A DNA stretch of 29,929 nucleotides from a virus (lineage: Duplodnaviria; Caudoviricetes): IMG/VR virus record IMGVR_UViG_3300049138_000100, positions 1 through 29,929 of that record; one strand, given 5' to 3'. Positions 7,167-13,278 of the stretch are shown here, one piece after another. How positions within the stretch are numbered: position 1 is the first letter of the stretch; each line of letters starts with the position of its first letter. The translations under genes and the position numbers were made by a program. The notes beneath the pieces are model-generated. The model was not told the origin of the DNA, ran no database searches, and was given only the letters and a program-made list of their open reading frames with translations.

Positions 7167-7402
7167 GCGCCGGCCTCACGTACGAGCAAGCCCTGGCGGA
7201 GGCTCGGAAGGTCGGCAACGCGAAGGCCGATGACGCAGGCGCGATGGCGCTGTACTGCGCCGACATCCTCCAACTCATGGTGGGGGCCGCGTCGCCGAAA
7301 CTCGTGTGGGAGGGGGCACAGAAGGCCGGGATGACCCACCTGCAGCTTGCCCTGCTGGCACAGAAGAACCCGGCCAAGGTCCATGACCTGATGTGGGACT
7401 AG
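7163..7402 (+). CDS. 79-aa helical hypothetical protein
   Basis: GTGA overlap; ends just before the terminator hairpin. Confidence 0.7.
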   Translation: MSAGLTYEQALAEARKVGNAKADDAGAMALYCADILQLMVGAASPKLVWEGAQKAGMTHLQLALLAQKNPAKVHDLMWD

Positions 7403-7411
7403 TCCAAAGGC

Positions 7412-7450
7412 GAGAGCCCCGGTCCCGCTTCCCCACGGGCCGGGGCTCTC
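7412..7450. terminator. Hairpin terminator between convergent genes
   Basis: GAGAGCCCCGG...CCGGGGCTCTC inverted repeat between stops at 7402 (+) and 7464 (-). Confidence 0.75.
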
Positions 7451-7463
7451 CCATCACATCGAC

Positions 7464-7760
7464 CTAGCTGACCTTGTCGAGGCCATCCCGCTCTTCCGCC
7501 GCAGCGTCGCGCAGCGCCCTCTCCGCCGCCTGCCGGTTGTCCTGCGCCGCCCACCACGGGTGGACCTGGATCCGCACGGCCAATCGCCGACACTCGTCCT
7601 GCGCCGCCCGCCACGCCTGCCTCTGCTCTTCGGACGCCGCCTCTGCCTCTCCCGCGATGACAGCAGCGTGTGGGGGCAGCGCCCGTCCAGCGGCAGACAG
7701 CCGCTCCTGAGCCGCCACGAACGCGCGTCGCAACTCAACCAGGTCGTCAAAGTCAGACAT
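7464..7760 (-). CDS. 98-aa helical hypothetical protein
   Basis: MSDFDDLVELRRAF...HPWW...; GGAG RBS; convergent on the terminator. Confidence 0.7.
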   Translation of the reverse strand: MSDFDDLVELRRAFVAAQERLSAAGRALPPHAAVIAGEAEAASEEQRQAWRAAQDECRRLAVRIQVHPWWAAQDNRQAAERALRDAAAEERDGLDKVS

Positions 7761-7839
7761 CAGGCATCTCCCCAGGTCGTACGGTGCGGATCGCATCCTA
7801 GGGGAGGGCCTGCGCGGCAAACTCGCCGCCACCCTGCGA

Positions 7840-7865
7840 CAACCAACAGTGAGCGAGCGTCGTCT
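7840..7865 (+). promoter_or_regulatory. Putative ECF (sigmaE-like) promoter CAAC-N17-CGTCT
   Basis: CAAC 7840-7843, CGTCT 7861-7865, upstream of the lipoprotein; same spacing at 11296-11320. Confidence 0.4.
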
Positions 7866-7902
7866 AACGGTGCGTTAACTCCCCAGCTTGAAGGGCCCAC
7901 CG

Positions 7903-8292
7903 ATGCGCTCTCTTCTCGCCGCCGCCGTCCTGGCGGTCGCACTCACGGCCGGCTGCTCGTCCACGGCACCGTCGCCGGCCAGTACGGCTGCCGCTGTGCC
8001 GCATTCCGCGCCGACCGTGACAACGACCAAGACGGTGACCGCAACGCCGACCGTCACTGTGACGCCCACGCCCACGAAGACGCGGGTGAAGCCGACAGCC
8101 CGCAAGGTGGTGGTCAAGCCGACACCGAAGCCGGCGCCGAAGCGGACGCAGGCTCCTCGCCCGGCAGTGCGGTCCGGCGTCCATCCGGGGGCGTTCTGTG
8201 CCCCGCAGGGCGCGCTGGGGCGGACGAATGCTGGGACGTTGATGCGGTGCAGTTCGAAGGGTGGCGATCAGGCGCGGTGGCGGTCGGCCTGA
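7903..8292 (+). CDS. Lipoprotein (moron), Thr/Pro/Lys linker plus small C-terminal two-Cys domain, 129 aa
   Basis: Signal peptide with lipobox LTAG-C; C-terminal VHPGAFC...MRC...RW. Confidence 0.8.
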   Translation: MRSLLAAAVLAVALTAGCSSTAPSPASTAAAVPHSAPTVTTTKTVTATPTVTVTPTPTKTRVKPTARKVVVKPTPKPAPKRTQAPRPAVRSGVHPGAFCAPQGALGRTNAGTLMRCSSKGGDQARWRSA

Positions 8293-8309
8293 CCGGGGCA
8301 GCACGAAAC

Positions 8310-8336
8310 GCCCCGCCCCCGCAAAGGGGACGGGGC
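8310..8336 (-). terminator. Intrinsic terminator ending the late/lysis transcript (probably bidirectional)
   Basis: GCCCCGTCCCC-TTTGC-GGGGGCGGGGC followed by GTTTCGT on the minus strand. Confidence 0.7.
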
Positions 8337-8452
8337 ATTCCCGCGTCGGGCCATTGATCAACGATTGTCGGGGCGGCCGGAAGTCCCGAGCAGCCAGCCG
8401 CCCCCGCCCGCACCCAGCCAAGCTGTGGGCAAAACCAGGATGCGGGACAACT

Positions 8453-8818
8453 TCAGGCGTGCGTCCCCGGCGGGTAGTCGGACGTGGCCGGTGACGGCGA
8501 CACGTTCGCCCGCAACACCAGGCCCAGCACCGCAGAAACCACCATGACGAACGCGCCAGTCTGCTGCTCGGTGAACGGCAGCCCGAACGCGGCCAGCCCG
8601 GTCAGCACCGTCGACAGGGCGCCGGTCAGCGCCGACACGACGAACGGGCGGGTGAGGACGGCGACGAGCAGCGCGACGACGCCGTTGGCGATCGTCATCA
8701 CCCAGCCCGACGATTCGGCGGTCAAACCGATCGCGGGGATGGTGGCGAGGAACGCGACGAGGGCGTTGATGACGTACAGGATGACCGCGGGTTCGCGGCC
8801 GAACAGTTTGATCTGCAT
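8453..8818 (-). CDS. Putative holin (4 TM), 121 aa
   Basis: MQIKLFGREPAV... with four hydrophobic helices; GAAGGAGG RBS; last gene of the lysis region. Confidence 0.75.
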   Translation of the reverse strand: MQIKLFGREPAVILYVINALVAFLATIPAIGLTAESSGWVMTIANGVVALLVAVLTRPFVVSALTGALSTVLTGLAAFGLPFTEQQTGAFVMVVSAVLGLVLRANVSPSPATSDYPPGTHA

Positions 8819-8865
8819 GTGCCCCTCCTTCAGGGGGACGACCCGGCAAAGACTGTGCGGGGCGG

Positions 8866-9393
8866 CTACGGCTTGACGTAGTAGCCGTTGTCGAAGTTGT
8901 AGGAGAACCACTCCTCGCCGCCGGCCTGCGACAGCCAGACGGTGTCGCCGCCGTTGTTGAGGTAGTGGCCGCGGTAGCCGCACTTCGAGTTCATGAACAG
9001 CCGGAACGTGCCGCCCACCTTTGCGTTGGTGCCGGATCCGCTGTAGACGCGGATCTTGTCGCCTGCGGGCAGCGTGACCACGCCGCCGACCTCTTCCACG
9101 CCGGGCAGCGCGGCGATGGTGTAGGTGTTGCATTTCTCGGCGTTGTCGCCGGCGTTGTTCTTCGCCCACGAGTCCGCGACGACGAGGTTCTTCACGTTCA
9201 CGTTCGCGCTGGCCGAGATCTCGACGTACTCCTTGTTGCGGTTCCACCAGGTGTCGGAGCCGTTGGCGTTGTAGCCGACCTGCGTGATCGACAGGTTGGC
9301 GACCTCGTCGGTACTGGCAGAAGCGGGCACGCCGAACAGCGCCAGAGCGGCGACGAAGGCGGACAGGATGACAGCGCTCTTGGAGATGCGCAT
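8866..9393 (-). CDS. Secreted lamin-tail-domain (LTD)-like protein, 175 aa
   Basis: Sec signal peptide; ITQVGYN..GSD...NKEYVEI, TLPAGDKIRVYSGSG and LNNGGDTVWL motifs typical of bacterial LTD. Confidence 0.75.
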   Translation of the reverse strand: MRISKSAVILSAFVAALALFGVPASASTDEVANLSITQVGYNANGSDTWWNRNKEYVEISASANVNVKNLVVADSWAKNNAGDNAEKCNTYTIAALPGVEEVGGVVTLPAGDKIRVYSGSGTNAKVGGTFRLFMNSKCGYRGHYLNNGGDTVWLSQAGGEEWFSYNFDNGYYVKP

Positions 9394-9503
9394 TTGAGGA
9401 TGCTCCTCGGTTGGGTTACATGCGAAAGCGCAGCTCAGAAGCCCTAAAGAATGGGCGCGATAAAATCACGCGGATTGTTAAGGTGCCGAACTGCGCTCGG
9501 TTG

Positions 9504-9534
9504 GCGAACCAGAAAGGATTTCTTTCGGGTTCGC
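9504..9534. terminator. Stem-loop downstream of the endolysin region
   Basis: GCGAACC-A-GAAAG-gattt-CTTTC-G-GGTTCGC. Confidence 0.4.
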
Positions 9535-9536
9535 GG

Positions 9537-9659
9537 TCAGTTGGCCTCGTCGAGGAGGCCCGGGATACGCCCGTCTCCGGGCTCGTGCTGCTCTACAGGC
9601 TCGGGATGCCGCGGCAGCCACGTCTGATACGGCCAGTACTGCAGCCAGAAGCGGGTCAC
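9537..9659 (-). CDS. Possible 40-aa aromatic-rich peptide
   Basis: GTG directly follows the endolysin TAG; MTRFWLQYWPYQTWLPRHPEPVEQHEPGDGRIPGLLDEAN; mostly GC3 codons; weak RBS. Confidence 0.4.
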   Translation of the reverse strand: MTRFWLQYWPYQTWLPRHPEPVEQHEPGDGRIPGLLDEAN

Positions 9660-10373
9660 CTACTTGGCCTTGGCTCCCATAGCGTCCGTCAGCGCCTTCA
9701 CCGCGGCCGTCAGCTCTTCGACCTTGGCTTCCAGGGAGCGGACCCGCTGCCCGGTGTTGACCAGAATGGACTTGGCCTGCCACTCGGGGTTGTCCTTGCT
9801 GCCCCACTCGACCGGGATCTCGTACGTCCACACGTCTTTGGCGCTCACGTCGCCCTCCTCGATGGTGGTTCTGGTTGAGACTTCGGGGCTCTTGGTGAAG
9901 GTGCCGTCCCGGACGAGCCGGTACAGCTCATCGCCGGGGCATGAGGTGGCGTAGAAGTCGCGGTGGCCCTTCACCGCCTCGCCGAGGCCGCGGTCCATCA
10001 GGTACGCCCGCAGTTCGCGGACGGCTTCGATCTGTTCCGGCGTCGGCTTCTCGCCTGGCCCGGACATGAGCGTCACGCTGTACCAGGTGGTGTTGCCGCC
10101 CGGCTGGGCCGCCTGGGCCCGGCCTTCGCCGCGGCCCTCGAACACGAACCCGTGCGGGCACGCCCCGAAGCTGTAGCCGATGTCGACCCACTGCCGGTTC
10201 GAGCCAACGTGGAATTTGCGGGTCCTCCGCCAGTAGTCCACACAGGACGCGTGCGGCTTGCCGGCCAGGTTCTGGTCGGAGCCGTCGTAGTGGATGACCA
10301 GCCCTTGCCGGGGCTTCGCGTAGGCGGCCCCGGTGCTGCCCCAGCCGAACGCGGTGCGTTTCACGAGCTGCAA
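9660..10373 (-). CDS. Endolysin, N-acetylmuramoyl-L-alanine amidase (Amidase_2/PGRP-like), 237 aa
   Basis: LVIHY, WVDIGYSF, FEGRG and GHRDFYATSCPG Zn-amidase motifs; GAGGAGG RBS with TTG start. Confidence 0.92.
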   Translation of the reverse strand: MQLVKRTAFGWGSTGAAYAKPRQGLVIHYDGSDQNLAGKPHASCVDYWRRTRKFHVGSNRQWVDIGYSFGACPHGFVFEGRGEGRAQAAQPGGNTTWYSVTLMSGPGEKPTPEQIEAVRELRAYLMDRGLGEAVKGHRDFYATSCPGDELYRLVRDGTFTKSPEVSTRTTIEEGDVSAKDVWTYEIPVEWGSKDNPEWQAKSILVNTGQRVRSLEAKVEELTAAVKALTDAMGAKAK

Positions 10374-10409
10374 TGCAGCCTCCTCAGGTGTTTGGTGTGC
10401 CTAGGCCTC

Positions 10410-10790
10410 TCAGTCACGAGAGCCGCCGTCGTCGGGGATGGTGACCGGGACCAGACCGGCGCGGGTGATCTGCTCCTCCCATAGCCGGATGATCTGTTCC
10501 TGGCGGGCGACCTTGCGCTGCAGCGCGCCGATCTGCACCGACTGCCGGTCGATCTCCCGCTGCATCTGCTGGCCCTGGCGCTCGATCTCCGCCTGCATCC
10601 GGGTGAGAGTCGCCTCGTAGATCGATTTCGCTCGCTCGAACGCCCCTGCCTCCAACTGCCGGACAGCGACGCGTTCTTCGGAGTCGGACTTTCTCAACGC
10701 CGCCTTGGTCGCCGCGCTCGCGGAGAACCAGGCGCCGATGACCGCGCACAGCCCCGTCACAACGGCGACTACGACGTTCGGATCCCCCAT
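10410..10790 (-). CDS. Lysis-cassette membrane protein (1 TM plus coiled coil), 126 aa
   Basis: N-terminal hydrophobic helix then Gln/Arg heptads; TGATG coupling. Confidence 0.75.
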   Translation of the reverse strand: MGDPNVVVAVVTGLCAVIGAWFSASAATKAALRKSDSEERVAVRQLEAGAFERAKSIYEATLTRMQAEIERQGQQMQREIDRQSVQIGALQRKVARQEQIIRLWEEQITRAGLVPVTIPDDGGSRD

Positions 10791-11185
10791 CACTCTCCTC
10801 GACGAGAAGGCTCCGGCCAGCCTGCAATCACCTGCACAAACGCTGCGAACGCAAGCCAGATGGTGGCGGCCACGTAGCCGCGTGGTATCGCGTCGAATCC
10901 CCAGCCGATGAGCTGGGCCAGCCCCCAAATGATTTTGAGTGCGGAGGCTGCGGCGAACGCGATCCGGTCGCTGGGCAGGAACGCCTGTATGGCGCACAGC
11001 CAGCCGACAGTGGCCCAGATGGTCGCCCACCACGACAGTGGCATCAGCGAGTCGAGGAACAGGTAAGTGTCGGTGGCGGGGGCGGTGGTGAGGGAAGCGG
11101 CGTACACGAAGTCGAGGAGTGCGAAGAACAGGAGGCAGGCTCCGCGTCTACCCACGCGGAGGCGGAGCGTCTGAAGATGGCGCAC
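10790..11185 (-). CDS. Lysis-cassette 4-TM membrane protein, 131 aa
   Basis: Four hydrophobic segments; first gene of the lysis cassette. Confidence 0.75.
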   Translation of the reverse strand: MRHLQTLRLRVGRRGACLLFFALLDFVYAASLTTAPATDTYLFLDSLMPLSWWATIWATVGWLCAIQAFLPSDRIAFAAASALKIIWGLAQLIGWGFDAIPRGYVAATIWLAFAAFVQVIAGWPEPSRRGE

Positions 11186-11217
11186 GTCGCGGCCGGCCTC
11201 GCCTTCTTGTGGTTTGT

Positions 11218-11254
11218 GTGCCGTCCGCCGGCACCCTCAAGCGGCGGACGGCAC
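11218..11254. promoter_or_regulatory. 13-bp perfect hairpin upstream of the lysis cassette
   Basis: GTGCCGTCCGCCG / CGGCGGACGGCAC, followed on the minus strand by an A/C-rich spacer and RBS. Confidence 0.6.
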
Positions 11255-11295
11255 GATCGGGTGTCCGGATGGGGACATTCGTAGACGCAGGCGGT

Positions 11296-11320
11296 CAACC
11301 AGGAGGATGCTTGGAACGTC
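11296..11320 (+). promoter_or_regulatory. Putative ECF (sigmaE-like) promoter CAAC-N17-CGTC
   Basis: CAAC 11296-11299, CGTC 11317-11320, upstream of ORF 11353. Confidence 0.35.
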
Positions 11321-11352
11321 CCATATGGCCCCCATCTATCTGGAGTCGCGCC

Positions 11353-11487
11353 ATGGGTTACCCCCCGAACCCGCAGGACCCGTACGGCCAGCAAGGGCCG
11401 TATCAGCCGCAGCCGTACAGCCAGCCGTACATGCCCGCGCCGATGTCGGGGCCGCAGTACGCGCCGGCATCGGTAGGCCAGCACTGA
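11353..11487 (+). pseudogene. 44-aa Pro/Gln/Tyr-rich ORF, probably a truncated membrane-protein moron
   Basis: GGAG RBS; MGYPPNPQDPYGQQGPYQPQPYSQPYMPAPMSGPQYAPASVGQH resembles the disordered N-termini of actinobacterial membrane proteins but has no TM domain. Confidence 0.45.
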
Positions 11488-11505
11488 GAGCGCCGAAGGG
11501 CACGG

Positions 11506-12057
11506 TCAGACGCCTCGCATGCCTTCGAGGGCGACGATGCCGTAGAAGGTCCCCGCCTCCGCGTACACGTCGATGCGGTTGATGAGGGTCGACGTGTTGT
11601 TCCAGCCGCCGCCGCCTGTCTGCATCATCGGTTCCGCCACCGAGTTCGACGTCTCCTGCCAGATGATTCGGGCCGTGGTGGTCGTCGTCGGTTTTGCTAC
11701 GTGAATCGTTCCGAAGTTGGGGTTGGGCGTACTACCGACATGCAGCTCCACCGTGTTGGACGGGGCGGCTCGAACCGCGCTGACCGTGGTGTTGATGCCG
11801 CTCACGTTTTGCCAGAAGTAGTTGCTGCCGGTGTCGTTGTTGATGCGCATGCGCCAGAAGCCCGACAGCAGGTGCGCGTAGTAGGAGATGCGGAACATCC
11901 GGAAGTTGGAGTCGATGCTGGCGAACGACACCGACGACACTGGCGCCCCGGACGTGATCACGCGCTTGTCGATGGGGATCCACAAGCCCAGCAGGTGGCC
12001 GTTGACGTCACCGGCCGACAGGACCTCGCCGGAGGAGAAGGTCTTGTCCAGCGCCAT
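11506..12057 (-). CDS. Minor tail / tail-tip protein, 183 aa
   Basis: KTFSSGEVLSAGDVN N-terminus typical of actinophage minor tail proteins; beta-rich; follows the hub gene. Confidence 0.75.
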   Translation of the reverse strand: MALDKTFSSGEVLSAGDVNGHLLGLWIPIDKRVITSGAPVSSVSFASIDSNFRMFRISYYAHLLSGFWRMRINNDTGSNYFWQNVSGINTTVSAVRAAPSNTVELHVGSTPNPNFGTIHVAKPTTTTTARIIWQETSNSVAEPMMQTGGGGWNNTSTLINRIDVYAEAGTFYGIVALEGMRGV

Positions 12058-12066
12058 CATGCACCC

Positions 12067-13278
12067 CTAGAAGGCGATCGCGTTTTCATCAAGCCGCCCC
12101 AGGATCGAATTGTTGAGGACCAGGAAGGAGCCGTACTTCGTGGCGCTTTGGAGCGCCCACGTCGTGATCCACGTCGCGCCGGACGTCGCATGGGAGATCC
12201 CCCGGATGAACACGTCGCGGGTGATCGGAGAGCCTCCGCCGGGCGGTTGCCGGACGATACGGATACGGTCGCCGATCTCCCGGGCCAGGACATGCGGAAA
12301 GAGGTTCGCCGGGTCGGCATGCGCGTGGATCTCGATGGTGTCGAACCTGACCTCGGGTTCTTTGGACACGTAGAGAATCCAGCTCGCGTACCCGGCGACG
12401 GCGGTGTCGGAATCCAGGATCAGACTCGTCGTCTGGAACGTGCGCGTCAGGTACTCGTCCTGGCTGGCCGCGTCTCCCGTGGTCTGCTCGGCACCGCCGG
12501 CGCGCTGGGCGATGATCTCGTTCCACAAGGTGGCGTCGTCGGTGTTGACGCGCGCCTTGAACGGCGCGAACGACCCGGCGGGTTCGCCGAACGTGGCCTG
12601 CACCGTGTTGGATCTGGCCTCGGTGAGGATCGCCTGCCGATTGCGGAAGACGAGCCGCCCGGCGGCGTCGATGTACAGTTCGCCGATCTCCGACTCGGCG
12701 GCGCCCTGCAACTCCGACAGGGCGTCGCCTTCGAGGGTGGTCGCCTGCAGCGCGCTGTTTCCAGTGGCGATCACTCTGTCGCCCACGGCCCACCCTGCCG
12801 AGTTCAAGATGCGGGTGATCCGGGCTCCGGTGTTCTCGCCGGCGCCCACCGGGGTCACGGCGGTTCGCCGCTTGTTAAGCAGGACTTTGAAGCCGTCAGT
12901 GATGGGCACGGTCGTCTCGGAGTAGCCCTGGGCTCCCGACCCGGGGTTGACGATCCATGCGACGTCCCACTTGTCGGCGAAGCCGCGGAAGATGTCGTAG
13001 GTGACGGCGTTCCACACGGCGCGGATCCGCACCGGCCGCATAGGGGTCACCTGGCTTTTCCCGCCAGAGACGTACGGCCCGGCCAGGTGCGCCGGGTCGA
13101 ATCTCCTGTCGCTGTTGTCCAGCCGGATGGTGGCCGTGCCCGCGTCATAACGGATGATGGGCGACTGGACGCGGTTGCTGCCGCGCCGGGTGGAGATGCC
13201 GTGCCGCAGATATCCGGACACGTCGGTCCACACACCTGCGGCGAACTGCACCTCGGCGATGAGGGCGGGGAGGGTCAT
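12067..13278 (-). CDS. Minor tail protein (distal tail/hub-like), 403 aa
   Basis: WTDVS...ISTRRG...AGTATIRLDNSDRRFDP; ATGA overlap with the TMP stop. Confidence 0.8.
   Translation of the reverse strand: MTLPALIAEVQFAAGVWTDVSGYLRHGISTRRGSNRVQSPIIRYDAGTATIRLDNSDRRFDPAHLAGPYVSGGKSQVTPMRPVRIRAVWNAVTYDIFRGFADKWDVAWIVNPGSGAQGYSETTVPITDGFKVLLNKRRTAVTPVGAGENTGARITRILNSAGWAVGDRVIATGNSALQATTLEGDALSELQGAAESEIGELYIDAAGRLVFRNRQAILTEARSNTVQATFGEPAGSFAPFKARVNTDDATLWNEIIAQRAGGAEQTTGDAASQDEYLTRTFQTTSLILDSDTAVAGYASWILYVSKEPEVRFDTIEIHAHADPANLFPHVLAREIGDRIRIVRQPPGGGSPITRDVFIRGISHATSGATWITTWALQSATKYGSFLVLNNSILGRLDENAIAF

Noticed and set aside
8358-8450. Small ORF or ncRNA downstream of the holin
   Set aside because: No RBS and poor codon bias; only a modest GC hairpin before the terminator
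9394-9560. c-di-AMP or c-di-GMP riboswitch ahead of the secreted LTD gene
   Set aside because: Only a single hairpin is evident; I could not find the conserved aptamer motifs on the minus strand
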